Positions 15,478 through 29,396 of a DNA stretch of 64,000 nt are shown here, piece after piece. The stretch is taken from NCBI GenBank assembly GCA_964016885.1, contig OZ024748.1:21328001-21392000 (forward strand), written 5' to 3'. Source of the stretch: Eledone cirrhosa. Its lineage: Eukaryota. The notes under the pieces were generated by a model. It did no database searches and was not told where the DNA came from. It saw nothing but the letters and a program-made list of their open reading frames with translations. Every line of letters begins with the position of its first letter. Position 1 is the first letter of the stretch. A program made the position numbers and the translations under genes.

Positions 15478-17697
15478 CATATACAGTTATACACCAACAG
15501 TTCTAACACACACACACACATACATACAGTTATACACCAACAGTTCTAACATACACACACTCACACATAGTTATACACCAACGGTTGTAACATACACACA
15601 CATAACATTAAGTTATACACCAACAGTTCTAACACACACACACACATACATACAGTTATACACCAACAGTTCTAACATACACACACTCACACATAGTTAT
15701 ACACCAACAGTTGTAACATACACACACATAACATTAAATTATACACCAACAGTTCTAACATACACACACACATACATACAGTTATACACCAACAGTTCTA
15801 ACACACACACACACATACATACAGTTATACACCAACAGTTCTAACATACACACACTCACACATAGTTATACACCAACAGTTGTAACATACACACACATAG
15901 ACATTAAGTTATACACCAACAGTTCTAACATACACACACTCACACATAGTTATACACCAACAGTTGTAACATACACACACTCACACATAGTTATACACCA
16001 ACAGTTGTAACATACACACACATAGACATTAAGTTATACACCAACAGTTCTAACATACACACACTCACACATAGTTATACACCAACAGTTCTAACACACA
16101 CACACACATACATACAGTTATACACCAACAGTTCTAACATACACACACTCACACATAGTTATACACCAACAGTTGTAACATACACACACATAGACATTAA
16201 GTTATACACCAACAGTTCTAACATACACACACTCACACATAGTTATACACCAACAGTTGTAACATACACACACATAGACATTAAGTTATACACCAACAGT
16301 TCTAACATACACACACATAGACATTAAGTTATACACCAACAGTTGTAACATACACATATACACATACAGCTATACACCAACAGTTCTAACATACACACAC
16401 TCACACATAGTTATACACCAACAGTTGTAACATACACACACATAGACATTAAGTTATACACCAACAGTTCTAACATACACACACATAGACATTAAGTTAT
16501 ACACCAACAGTTCTAACATACACACACTCACACATAGTTATACACCAACAGTTGTAACATACACACACATAGACATTAAGTTATACACCAACAGTTCTAA
16601 CATACACACACTCACACATAGTTATACACCAACAGTTGTAACATACACACACATAGACATTAAGTTATACACCAACAGTTGTAACATACACACACATAGA
16701 CATTAAGTTATACACCAACAGTTCTAACATACACACACTCACACATAGTTATACACCAACAGTTGTAACATACACACACATAGACATTAAGTTATACACC
16801 AACAGTTCTAACATACACACACATAGACATTAAGTTATACACCAACAGTTGTAACATACACATATACACATACAGCTATACACCAACAGTTCTAACATAC
16901 ACACACTCACACATAGTTATACACCAACAGTTGTAACATACACATATACACATACAGCTATACACCAACAGTTCTAACATACACACACTCACACATAGTT
17001 ATACACCAACAGTTGTAACATACACACACATAGACATTAAGTTATACACCAACAGTTCTAACATACACACACATAGACATTAAGTTATACACCAACAGTT
17101 GTAACATACACATATACACATACAGCTATACACCAACAGTTCTAACATACACACACTCACACATAGTTATACACCAACAGTTGTAACATACACATATACA
17201 CATACAGCTATACACCAACAGTTCTAACATACACACACTCACACATAGTTATACACCAACAGTTGTAACATACACATATACACATACAGCTATACACCAA
17301 CAGTTCTAACATACACACACATAGACATTAAGTTATACACCAACAGTTGTAACATACACACACATAGACATTAAGTTATACACCAACAGTTCTAACATAC
17401 ACACACATAGACATTAAGTTATACACCAACAGTTGTAACATACACATATACACATACAGCTATACACCAACAGTTCTAACATACACACACTCACACATAG
17501 TTATACACCAACAGTTGTAACATACACATATACACATACAGCTATACACCAACAGTTCTAACATACACACACTCACACATAGTTATACACCAACAGTTGT
17601 AACATACACATATACACATACAGCTATACACCAACAGTTCTAACATACACACACATAGACATTAAGGGTTACATACACTTATACAGCAACAGTTCTA
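15478..17697. repeat. Minisatellite, 41-43-bp unit, about 50 copies
   Basis: Core AG(T/C)TATACACCAACAGTT(C/G)TAACA followed by a few recurring CA-rich variants. Confidence 0.95.
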
Positions 17698-18099
17698 AAA
17701 ATGACAAATGCCAGGCCGCACTAAAATATTAGTAGCCCTTCTCCTCCCCCTCCTCCACCTCATCTTCCTCATCCTCCCCCTCCTCCTCATCCTCCTCATC
17801 CTTATCCTCCTCCTTACCCCCCCTCAACCTCCCCCTCATCTTCCCCCCTCCCTATCCATATCCTTAATATTCTATTATTAATGAGAAGTCAAATAGAATT
17901 ATATTAAAATAGAATTATGTCTATATAAGACGATGTAGAGAAGGTCGAGGGCGCGAGTCTGTATGTTCGCGACTGCTCAGGCACCTAAAACCATTATCAA
18001 AATCATGCGACTTAATGCCAACTCTTACTTGATTGCGAGTGAGGGCTGTAGTTCAACAGTCACTTGAAATGTATCTATATTTCTTTTTATGTATTCTGG

Positions 18100-18498
18100 A
18101 GCCACTGGGTGGTTTTTGTGGTCTTACAACATAGCCACCTTCATCAAGGAGACCCAACTCAGAACACATCATCAGTGTTGTATCCTTGAGTTACTGGGTG
18201 TTTCAGGTCTTACAACATAGTCACCCTCATCCAGATGGTCTGATTACAGAACACATCGTCAGTGTTGTATCTTGGAGTTACTTGGTGTTTTCAGGTCTTA
18301 CAACATAGTCACCCTCATCCAGATGGTCTGATTACAGAACACATCGTCAGCGTTGTATCTTGGAGTCACTTGGTGTTTTCAGGTCTTACAACATAGTCAC
18401 TCTCATCCAGTTGGTCTGATTACAGAACACATCGTCAGCGTTGTATCTTGGAATCACTTGGTGTTTCAGGTCTTACAACATAGTCACCCTCATCCAGG
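18100..18498. repeat. 86-88-bp tandem repeat x about 4.5
   Basis: GTCTTACAACATAG recurs at 18121, 18207, 18295, 18383, 18470. Confidence 0.9.
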
Positions 18499-18578
18499 TG
18501 ACCCTACCGAGGTTGTCCAAGTTATGTACATACTATCAACCACACTGGTCACTTTTCTTCAGCCCTGGCCATTTAGAT

Positions 18579-18943
18579 CAGAGGTTCGGAAACATTTAGG
18601 GCCACCCGCCGCCTCATCACCACATAATACCCTCAGCACCCTCAGCCCTATTTCCAGGGAGACCTACCTACACGCAAATTGTAAATAATATATAATAAAT
18701 AAAATCGTTAATTTATATATAATAAATAATATAATATATGCAATGTATAAATAAATATTATATATTTTCATTTTACTATATTTACATATAATATGTGTCA
18801 TTTGATATTTAATATACTATTATATCATCTCTCCGCACACACACCCCACCACCACCACTGCCTCTAAGCCCCAGCGGCCTTTTGGACCTTCTTAATGCCC
18901 CCCCGGGGGGGGGGGGCGGTAGCGCCCACTTTGAGAACCTCTT
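18579..18943. mobile_element. hAT (Charlie-like) MITE
   Basis: CAGAGGTTC..TTTGAGAACCTCT ends; 8-bp TSD ATTTAGAT/ATCTAGAT; same family as 24770-25110. Confidence 0.8.
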
Positions 18944-19609
18944 ATCTAGATTCTCTTTCTGCTGCTTCCACGTTGATTTTGATGGATCTTCGTCCTGCTT
19001 TCTCCCATAATGTCTGACGTACCGTCGCCTTTTGTAATGGTAAAGACCTGAAAACTCTTAACTACCAACCACCATTTAGTATGTACCTTGTCTTCCGCTT
19101 CTTCCTGTGATACTATTCCACTAACGCCTGGTACTTTTATCTCTTCTTTTCCTGTGACACCCCCCCCCCCCCCCCTCTACCGATCCTCTCCTCCGAGGTA
19201 CCACTTAGCTCCAATAGAATGAGTTGTCTCTTTAATTCAGAAACCAAGATATCTGTTCTCTAAACAGGTAAAATTCCATTATAACGAATGCCATTAAAAC
19301 GAATTTTTCAGTATAACTAATTTTTTTTTCAACCCCCGAGATAATAACAAACAAACGCTCGACTTGTTTCCATCGATCTCGTTATAAAGAATGTTTCGTT
19401 ACAACCAAATTTGTTTACACCTCGTGCAGTGTCAAACAAACCGGTCAAACAATTATATGGTCTTCTCTTTAGTCTTTCTTCTTCCTTACCTCTAAACATT
19501 CATTAATGATTTTACTGAAAATATTTTTAAATGGACTTATTAATTCAAATGTTTATAGTATATTCATCTGTGGACAGATCATTGTGAAAATTTACGCGAT
19601 AAGTGAAAA

Positions 19610-20003
19610 TACGATTGCGAGTACAAGCGGCTGAAAATGGGGTTCCTCCGAAGGGTCTTTGGAGTAACTTTAGTCGATAAAGTGCATAGCTCAGAGATCA
19701 GAGAGTCACTCCAAGTAGAGCCGCTACTTCTCCGAATTGAGAGACCACAGCTCCGATACTATGGACATGTGGTTAGAATGTCTCAGGAAAGAATCGCTGG
19801 ACAGATTTTACGAGTAAAACCAACAGGCAGGACACCCAGGGGTAGACCCCGGGCAGGATGGTTGAATAACATCCATGAGCTTGGCTAGTCTCGCTTGGGG
19901 ATCCAGTCAGATCAGTTGGAGACGGTTGCTTCTGACAGGACCCGCTGGAGGGAGTGTTTGGGGACACTTCCCCCATGACCCTCTCAGGAATAAGTGGGCG
20001 AAG
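19610..20003 (+). mobile_element. RTE-clade LINE 3' fragment
   Basis: MGFLRRVFGVTL..QLRYYGHVVRM..RPRGRP-type motif..W with an in-frame stop; GAA tail; 9-bp TSD AAGTGAAAA (19601-19609 / 20004-20012); short sister copy on minus strand at 34680-34760. Confidence 0.85.
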
Positions 20004-20609
20004 AAGTGAAAACACTTTAATATTTACTGTGATGCAAACATAGTGCTGTTTTGTACTTGTAAACAAAGTCGTGCTAATACCGTTTCATTTGTTTTGTTAA
20101 TTCAAATGATTATAGTATCTTTACTAGTAGAGAAATCATTGTGAAAAATTGTGTATTAGTAAAAACACTTTAATCTTTACTGTGATGCAGCTACAGTGTT
20201 GTTTTGTACTTATAAAGAATGCCTTGCTAATGTGATTTCACGTGGTTTGTTAATTCAAATGCTCATATTATCTTCACTAGTGGACAGATCATTGTAAAAA
20301 TTTGCAGTAAACTTAAGTAAAGATTTTAATGTTTAATCTAATCTAATCTGGCCGAGTTTACACTCCCAACTAAGAACCAGAGCCGCTCCTAGGAGCATTG
20401 GATTTAGTGTACTTCATATTTGTTTCGTTTGCTGAATACATCAAGAGCCGCTGCTTCTCTTGAAGGTCAATAGATCTCTTCTAACTCGAGCGGGAGAGCC
20501 TTTCCATTGTCAATTTGCATTGATCATCTGCAAAGCCGCATTGTTCTCAGAACCACTACACCAGTCTTTTGATGCGTGCAGCTGGAACTACTGCTACCCA
20601 TTGATTTGG

Positions 20610-20750
20610 CAGGATCGCAACTCATTTCTACAGCTGAGTAAACTGAAGCAATGTGAAATAAAGTGTCTTGCTCAAGGTCACAACACATTACCTGGTCCGA
20701 GAATCGAACTCACAACCTTTCGATTGCAAACCCAATGCTCTAACCACTAA
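20610..20750 (-). mobile_element. tRNA-derived SINE family 2
   Basis: TAGTGGTTAG (A box)..GAGTTCGATTC (B box)..CCTTGAGCAAGACACTTTATTTCAC; related copies near 25120, 27150-27440, 28080-28180, 39050-39330, 40470-40590, 46150-46485, 62020-62130. Confidence 0.75.
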
Positions 20751-21108
20751 TATTTGATGTGCTGCAATTATAATGATGTACTGCACTTTTCGTGGGTGTC
20801 TTGCCAGTGCGACTTCATGTGATACAGGCCGTTAAGTGTTAACAAACATGGTTTTTCTGTTATAACATACATCGATTCCGTTCTTTCCAGACTTTTAAAC
20901 TGACATTCTGACATTCTGACATTCACAGTTATAAATGTAGACGTCAAGAAATTTTATTATAGTTATATAAGAAAAATGTTTAATAACTTATCATACACAC
21001 TTGTAAACACAGACTGTTACAATCTGTTATTAGCAATTAGCAGTAAACCTCTACTTGTGCTGGCTTAAATTATGTCAGACATATATATCGTCTCATAATG
21101 TCTACATG

Positions 21109-21183
<75 letters not shown>

Positions 21184-21208
21184 CACATATGTATATACAT
21201 ATACATAT

Positions 21209-21311
<103 letters not shown>

Positions 21312-21312
21312 C

Positions 21313-21351
<39 letters not shown>

Positions 21352-21719
21352 TACACATATATATATATATATATACATATAATTCCATTTTTAATCAGTT
21401 ATATACGTATATATATATATATATATACGTATATATAGACATATATATATACATATATATATCCACACACACATATATATATGGAGGGGAGGTGTATGTG
21501 TGTGTGTGGTGTGTGTGTGTGGTGTGTAGGCGGTGAATTGACAGAGTAGTTCGAAGGTCTTATAGAATGGCTTGCGGTACCAGTTCCGGCTCTCTACGCT
21601 CTGATTTCAATTCCTGCCGAGGTCAACTTTACCTTTAAATTTCGCCGTCGATAAAGAAAAGTACCAGTTAAATACTGGGGTCGATTCTTCCTCTATCGCC
21701 CCCTCCCACTCTCTCTCTT

Positions 21720-21773
<54 letters not shown>

Positions 21774-21861
21774 AGAGTCTGGAAGTTTCGAGTACTCTGT
21801 TGAGTAATGGTCTAACCAGTTTAAAACTGAAGCCATCGTAGTTTTTATATGTATATAAATG

Positions 21862-21908
<47 letters not shown>

Positions 21909-22253
21909 ATATATATATATATATATATAGCGGCGATGAATTAGTTTTGCGAGGTTTTTTATATGAAATCGTGTGTCGAAACAAATATTGTTATACTTGG
22001 GGAGGGTCATATTTGTGTAATATTGCCAGAATTAATAACAGAAAGATTTATGATAAACTATATATATGTGTTTGTGTCTATATTGTATCTGTATTATTTT
22101 TGTCAATGGCAGTCAATGGCAGCATTGAGGACTGAGTAAGTTAGATTACCGATATAAAAGACACAGAAGCGAGAAGCGAAAACCAACCAAACAGTGAGTG
22201 TGTTCTGTTATTAATTCTGGCAATATTACACAAATATGACCCTCCCCAAGTAT

Positions 22254-22311
<58 letters not shown>

Positions 22312-22328
22312 ATACTTATATATATATG

Positions 22329-22397
<69 letters not shown>

Positions 22398-22461
22398 GAG
22401 TTATAAACTCAAACAGTCTTTTACAATTAAATAGCTCAAGGAGATATTTCTGAGCCGTGTA

Positions 22462-22605
22462 ATACAAATGAATATATGATAAACACTAATACAAGTATAT
22501 AAGTGTTTGTATTGCAAATGACCAAGTTAGCTAACTTGGTCATTTGCAATACAAACACTTATATACTTGTATTAGTGTTTATCCCTATCATATATTCATT
22601 TGTAT
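22462..22605. repeat. Palindrome with a spacerless 106-bp perfect core (22478-22583)
   Basis: Centre ACCAAGTTAG|CTAACTTGGT. Confidence 0.95.
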
Positions 22606-22636
22606 ATATATATATATATATTCAAGAACCCCCGTC

Positions 22637-22704
<68 letters not shown>

Positions 22705-22757
22705 GTATATTTATATATATATATGTATGTATGTATATATATATGTATATATATATG

Positions 22758-22798
<41 letters not shown>

Positions 22799-22809
22799 GA
22801 ACCCCGTCG

Positions 22810-22840
<31 letters not shown>

Positions 22841-22850
22841 GAACCCCGTC

Positions 22851-22919
<69 letters not shown>

Positions 22920-22920
22920 T

Positions 22921-23152
22921 ATCTAGGGCGGGTAAAATTTCCGATATCCATGGAGGAGATCTCTCCAGCGGTCTCTGTCCCTCATTATCGCTGCCATGTC
23001 CTGCGTCTCCAAGAGACCAGTGTCTGTCCTTAGGGCATCAACATATGTCAACCTCGGTCTCCCTCTTCCAGTGTGTCCATGCAGGGGCTCCCACGGGAGC
23101 ATTGAGTGCAGTGTCAACTCTGGATGTCGGTGAGCATGTCCAGCTAACCTCA
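22921..23152 (-). mobile_element. RTE-group LINE 3' fragment (TAGA-tail family) inside (TA)n
   Basis: [38 protein letters not shown]. Confidence 0.85.
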
Positions 23153-23780
23153 TATATATATATATAGAGAGAGAGAGAGAAAGGTGGGGAGACTAGTAGG
23201 GCTGCCTTAAAAACATAGGGCGTATGAAATTTGAAAATAAAGTTGCCACAATACAGGTAATAAAGAAATCAGGTAAAGTACCTCCAACCCCCGGGGATGG
23301 ACAAAAAAGAACAGAGACGCCTGCAAGGAATCGAACCACGCATTTTTCGTATTACGCACGGAGGTCCTCAGCTGTGAATTACCGCCATTTTAGAAGATTT
23401 GAGCTTGTGGCTAGCAGTGTAAACAATCTTGTTTATACTTCTAGCAAAGCACACACACTTACACACAGACACTTACACCCCCCACCCCACCCCACACACA
23501 CACACTCACACATACATACACAAACACTTATACACAGAGACACACACACACAGACTCACACTCTCGCACACTCACACTTACACTCACACACACACACGCA
23601 CACACACACACGCACTGATATTTGTATGCATGTATGTTTGCATTATATATATATATATATATATATGTGTATGTGTGTGTGTGTGTGTATATATATATAA
23701 AAGCTAAACAGAAATAACACAACCGGTACAGTATATGGCAAGAATATATTAGGTTAACGCTTGAAATAGCAGGAAGATGG

Positions 23781-23816
23781 TCTTAACATTTCGGATGCTA
23801 GTCCTTCATCAGAAGA
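23781..23816 (-). ncRNA. Minimal hammerhead motif (PLE pLTR type)
   Basis: TCTT-CTGATGA-A-GGA ctagca TCC-GAAA-TG-TT-AAGA; very short stem III. Confidence 0.6.
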
Positions 23817-24199
23817 AAGAATGAGAAATTAGAAAGATTGAAGCGACAGGCGGGGTGAAATTGGAATATATTTATATATATACACACGACGGGCTTCTTA
23901 AATCAACTCCGACTATAGAAGGATTTAGTAATACATCTAACTTTCTCATTAGTAATTTGTATTTATAACATAACTTAACAAACGTTGCTGCATGGGAAAA
24001 AAAACCTATGATGGAAGGATTTTCGATAAATCTTCAGCTTTGTATCCGAGCAAGGACCAGTTCCAAGTGGTTTGATCTCAAAAGAGTTAAATGAAGATAA
24101 AATCACATTCACTTTCCCTTAAGAAAAGGCAATAAATCTCTGAGATGGTAAAATTAGCAGAAGTTAACACCAATAATTCCAATTTAGAATTAAATTTGA

Positions 24200-24715
24200 T
24201 GTTTCTACAATTTAACACAATAATAAAATCACAAATTAAGTCTTTCGGCTTGTTTAATAGTTCCCTTTGAACGAGGAACTCTAACGACAGACGTGATACG
24301 CATGACTGGACATGCTGAAATATTTTCACCATCTCTGCTACTCGAGCAAATTTTGACAACACTTGAGGGACTTTAATGTCATTAATGTTAAACATCATTG
24401 AAGAATGCTGTCCAAGTGTAATAACAGCTAAAGAGACAGAAATTGTACTAACAATGTTAGGACGGTGTTAGTATATATTCTGTCTCTAACTAACACAGAT
24501 ATTGCTGTTTAGACAACTTTTCACTATATCGAATGTCAACTTTACATATTGTGGTAATTGGGGAGGAAACTAACCTGTGTTGACGCCGTCACAACTTTGC
24601 CTTCTGAATAGTTTAATGGCTAAACCATTCTACTTTACAATACCAGCACTGTTGATAGAATTGTCAGTGCTTCTTCCACTGTCAACTAAAGCTTGTATTG
24701 ATTAATCCATTGTTA
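24200..24715 (-). pseudogene. Possible decayed Ty3/Gypsy aspartic-protease remnant
   Basis: Minus strand near 24640-24700 reads SIQALVDSGRSTDNSIN, with LICDFIIV downstream; stops and frameshifts in between. Confidence 0.3.
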
Positions 24716-24769
24716 ATTACATCATTAACAACGAATGCACGGTGAAGGGACGTCGCTTGGTGGTTAGAA

Positions 24770-25110
24770 CAGAGGTTCTCAAACTTTTGGAGCCACCGCC
24801 CCACCTCACGGCCACGTAATACGCCCCCACCTATTTCCAGAGAGATCTACCTACACGCAAATTGTAAATAATTTTTAATAAATAAAATCGTTAATTTATA
24901 TATAATAAATAATATAATATATACTGTGTATAAATAAATATTATATATTTTTTTATTTTACTATATATATATATGTATCATTTGATATTTAATATACTAT
25001 TATATCATCTCTACCACCAGTCCACCACCCCTTAGGCCCCAGTGCCCCCTGGACATTCTCAATGCCCACCCCATCCCCTTAGGCCGCAGTGCTCACTTTG
25101 AGAACCTCTG
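24770..25110. mobile_element. hAT (Charlie-like) MITE, 341 bp, inserted into a SINE head
   Basis: TIR CAGAGGTTCTCAAA / TTTGAGAACCTCTG; exact 8-bp TSD GGTTAGAA. Confidence 0.92.
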
Positions 25111-25615
25111 GGTTAGAACTTTGGATTCATGGCAGTAAATTTGAATTCCGGAGCGGAGGCGTATTGTGTCTTTAAGCAAGACACTTTATTTCACGTTGCT
25201 CCAGCTGGGAGGAAGGGGAAATGATTTCCGACGATACTGGTGCCAAACGGTGTCAGTCTTTCTTTGTCCCCTGAGTATAAAGTGTATATAGAGTATATAT
25301 AAAGTGTTGAAATGAGTTGTGACGACACTGTGCTCTACACAACATCATATATATAGTGTATATAGAGCATATATACAGTATATATAGTGTATATATAAAT
25401 ATGTAAATGAGTTGTGAAGACTCTGGTGCCAAGCGGTGCCAGTCTTTCTTTATCTCCTGAACAACATAGTATAAAGTGTATATAGAGTATATATAGTCTA
25501 TTCATATATATATTTGTATAGACTATATATACAAGTATAACAATATTTGTTTCGACACACGAGTTCATATCAAAAACCTTGCAAAACAATATATATATAT
25601 ATATATATATATAGG

Positions 25616-25720
25616 AAAAGTATGACCCCGACGGCAGAGATCAAGCCGTTTCGACGGCTATTTCTGGTCCAGAAATAGCCGTCGAAACGGCTTGAGCTCT
25701 GCCGTCGGGCTCATACTTTT
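25616..25720. repeat. 105-bp GC-rich palindrome (family P)
   Basis: Centre at 25668; 2 mismatches. Confidence 0.95.
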
Positions 25721-25984
25721 TTAACATAAAAACAGGTAGAATTCCCAAAACTAATCAGATCAGAGCAAACATCACGGACGCTCTATCTCAAAATTATTTT
25801 TGAAAAACATTAGAAATGCGCAACCGGTAAAACTTAAAACCAAAACTGAATACTAACCAATACTATTACTAATTCTCACTTATTCCTAATTAAACTATTT
25901 TTCACTGTGAACAATTTGTCAGCATTTTCTATTCCGTTTACCAATATATCATAACTTGTGTGTTACACCTCTATTCTTTTAAAT

Positions 25985-26101
25985 ATAGGAACCAGTAAGA
26001 CCCCGACAGCTGAGCTCAAGCCGTTTCGACGGCTAATTCTGGACTAGAATTAGCCGTCGAAACGGCTTGAGCTCAGCTGTCGGGGTCTTACTGGTTCCTA
26101 T
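25985..26101. repeat. 117-bp GC-rich palindrome (family P)
   Basis: Centre at 26043; essentially perfect. Confidence 0.95.
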
Positions 26102-28206
26102 TACCCACTCTACTACCCTAAGTATTGAGTACTTTGGTGCGTTATGGTCCACCTGGTTCCTTACCACATTTCCTTCGTTATTCTTTTAAATATATATATA
26201 TAATGTAGAAATGAAGTGTGATAACACTAGTGTCAAGCTGTATCAGTCTTTGTCATTCTCTTGAACAACATCATATAGTGTATATATAGTGTATATATAG
26301 TGTATACATAGTGTATATATAGTGTATATATAGTATTTATAAAGTGTATAACTAATTTGCAATCGAGACTCATTAAGAAATTCTGGAATCACAATAGAAG
26401 GAATGCGACCTGAGACTCTGTTCAGTTGTTTTTCCGTCTCCGATTCATTCAATTATTATTCTTTTATTACTTTACTGACTTTAGTCATTAAACTATGGCC
26501 AAACTTGTATTATAGTTATTTGCATTGTGGCTACTATATTTTAAAGATAATTTAATTTCATAAAATATAAAAAGGCAAAAAAAAGATACATAGTTTATTA
26601 AAAGAAAATTGAATAGCAAGAATTGGTTTATTATATAAGGTTTCTGGACTATTATATCACTTCCATTGAAATTTCCAAGGTCATCTTATCCATTGATTAT
26701 ATCTATTGAGGTCAAGGTCATCTGATTGAAAAACAAGAGAATGAATAAGTTTGTTTGTCTGTGTGTTCTGTGTGTGTGTTTTGTTTGTTTGTGTGTGCGT
26801 CTGTTTTGTTTGTTTGTGTGTGTGTTTTGTTTGTTTGTGTGTGTGTGTTTTGTTTGTTTGTGTGTGTGTGTTTTGTTTATGTGTGTGTTTTGGGTTGTGT
26901 GCGTGTGGGGTATGTTGCGTGTGTGTTTTGTCGGTGTGTGTGTTTTGTTTCTTTGTATATTGTTTGTTTGCGCTTGTTCGTATATTGTGTGTGTTGTGTG
27001 TGTGTCTGTGTTTGTGGGTGTGTGTGTATTGTTTGTTTGTGTGTGTGTTTTTTGTTTGTGTGTGTATGTGTCTGTGTGTGTCTGTGGATGTGTGTGTGTG
27101 TGTGTGTGTTTGTTTGTTTGTGAGGGTGTATGTGTGTGTGTGTTGATCCTCTCTCGGTTCCGATGACGAGTGTTTCAGTTTGAAAACAACGGGACAGCCT
27201 ACTTGTGAAATTAACGTACAAGTGTAAATTCAACGTAGTTCTCAGGGAGATTCAGTGTGACACAGTGTGTAACAAGCCTGACTCTTTTAATTACAGGAAC
27301 AACTCACTTTTATCAGTTGAGTGAACAGGAGCAATGCGAAATAAAGTGTCTTGCTCTTAAGACACAACGTGCCGCTGGGGAATCGAACTCGCGACCTTAC
27401 GATCATAAGCCAAACATATTATCCACTAAGCCACGCATCTTTACGTGTCAGTTATAAAACAGTCTCGTAATATCAGCAGTAGCACTGTAAGACTACTCAG
27501 TGCGATATTATTGATTTCTATCCCTCTATAACAAAACCCTCTCAGTACAAAGATTTAGCCACCGCTGTCAACGTCGTCTCCACACAGGAATCCGGCATTG
27601 ATATAATTATGCACGCTAGGAAATTCCTGTTAATTTTTAACAATTCAACTTGGGTTAAGGAAAACGAAGAAGGGTTGTTTGATATCATGACATCAGCATG
27701 GGTGCATTTATCGGGGCTCAATCATGTATGATTATCGAAATTTATATTTCCAACTGTCCACACAAATAATTGCCTAACTTACGAGGTGGTCTTTACAGCG
27801 ATGACGAGCTTTTAATCTCACGTAATATAAATAGCCACGAATTTGATATATTTCGGAAAGATCTTATAAGATTATTTGGTGTATACGTTTGAAGATAGCA
27901 TAATTATTTTTTTGATATTACATTAAACTTAGATAAAATTAGATTCAGTCAATAAAACAAACTTAGCAGGAGACTGTTTTATGCTTTTAAGAACTCTAAT
28001 TATCTGTCCAATATTCTCCAGAGTTTAGATTCTAATATCAATAAACTTATCATTTCTTTATTCATGAGGCTCTGCAATACAGGTACAGCATAAAGTGCTT
28101 TGTTCAGGGATACAACGTATTGCAGGGATTCGAATTTACACTATTACGATTGTAAACCGACGATCCTAATCTCTAAGCCACACACTTTTACACACACAAA
28201 CACATG

Positions 28207-28241
<35 letters not shown>

Positions 28242-28243
<2 letters not shown>

Positions 28244-28317
28244 TGGTAGTGTTTAAGTTATTACCTATTTCTAGTCTCAAAAACCCTGTTCAATCGGCCG
28301 TCCTTCTCAGAAATACA

Positions 28318-28361
<44 letters not shown>

Positions 28362-28434
28362 TGTGTTTCTAAGGACGGCCGATTGAACACGGTTTTCGAG
28401 ACTAGAAAAAGGTAGTAACTTAACCACTACCATG
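28242..28434. repeat. Inverted arms of about 78 bp flanking a (TA)n core
   Basis: CATGGTAGTG..ACACGA (TA)n TCGTGT..CACTACCATG. Confidence 0.9.
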
Positions 28435-28892
28435 CTAGTCGATACATCGGTCTCCATTGATCAATCGACCCTCTGAAACGATCGTAAAATAATGAACTAA
28501 CTCTCTACCTACACTCGACTTCTGTTTTTTATTGTTGTGCGCGCGCACACACACATTATATATATATATATGGGTAAAAATCCCGAAGTACTAGTATTTG
28601 GCTTTCTCGCACGATTACAGAACTAGCTTGGTCATGATCACAGCTTAAACTACCTATAGTGAGACCTATGTAAATACATAAACATATAGTATACACTCTC
28701 ATATACGCCTCTATTTTGAATTATACTGTGTTGGTGCTACTGTAAATATCATTATATTGTCAAGCATAAAGATCTTCCAATACATGGAAGTGATGAAGAT
28801 TCAACAGAACCATCTCACAGCTTTAAAGATATCCTTGGTGTTCACCTTTTTCTTATTATTGTTTCTTTTACACACACACTCTCACACACACA

Positions 28893-28937
<45 letters not shown>

Positions 28938-29081
28938 CCAACACAAGAGCAAGAATGAGGGGCTCATTCTACTGACATGGCTTAAAAGAGGGTGTTTGCA
29001 TAATTGCAAACGAATCGAATATTATTATTGATATTAGAAAAACTCAGATTACATTTTTATATCAATATATATAAATATGAA

Positions 29082-29285
29082 AAAATTCAAGACCCCTACG
29101 GCTGAGCTCCGGTCGTTTCAACAGCTGGATCCGAAATGAAGCGGCGGGAATTTAGCAGGCCTCCTCAGTGGGTATAGTCCATATATGGGGAGACCAGCTA
29201 GATTCCCGCCGCTCGAATACCGGCGTTTCACTTCGGATCCAGCTGTTGAAACGACCGGAGCTCAGCCGTCGGGGTCGTGAATTTT
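29082..29285. repeat. Branched fold-back related to family P
   Basis: Outer arms GACCCC.ACGGCTGAGCTC..CGTTTC plus inner hairpin GCGGCGGGAAT..ATTCCCGCCGC. Confidence 0.85.
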
Positions 29286-29396
29286 ATATATATATTGTGG
29301 TAGAACACTGGGAGGTTATATCCGTAGTAAGAAGAGTACTCAATCCATGAGGCGAGTTCGGTAGAAGTTTCTTCCACAACAGTTAGTAAACCATTT

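Noticed and set aside
15478-17697. CRISPR-like array (constant core plus variable spacer)
   Set aside because: The spacers are a few recurring CA-rich variants, not unique sequences; no cas genes; eukaryotic context
23315-23390. Possible tRNA gene on the minus strand
   Set aside because: B box present but I could not build a convincing cloverleaf; other tRNA-like hits are SINE heads
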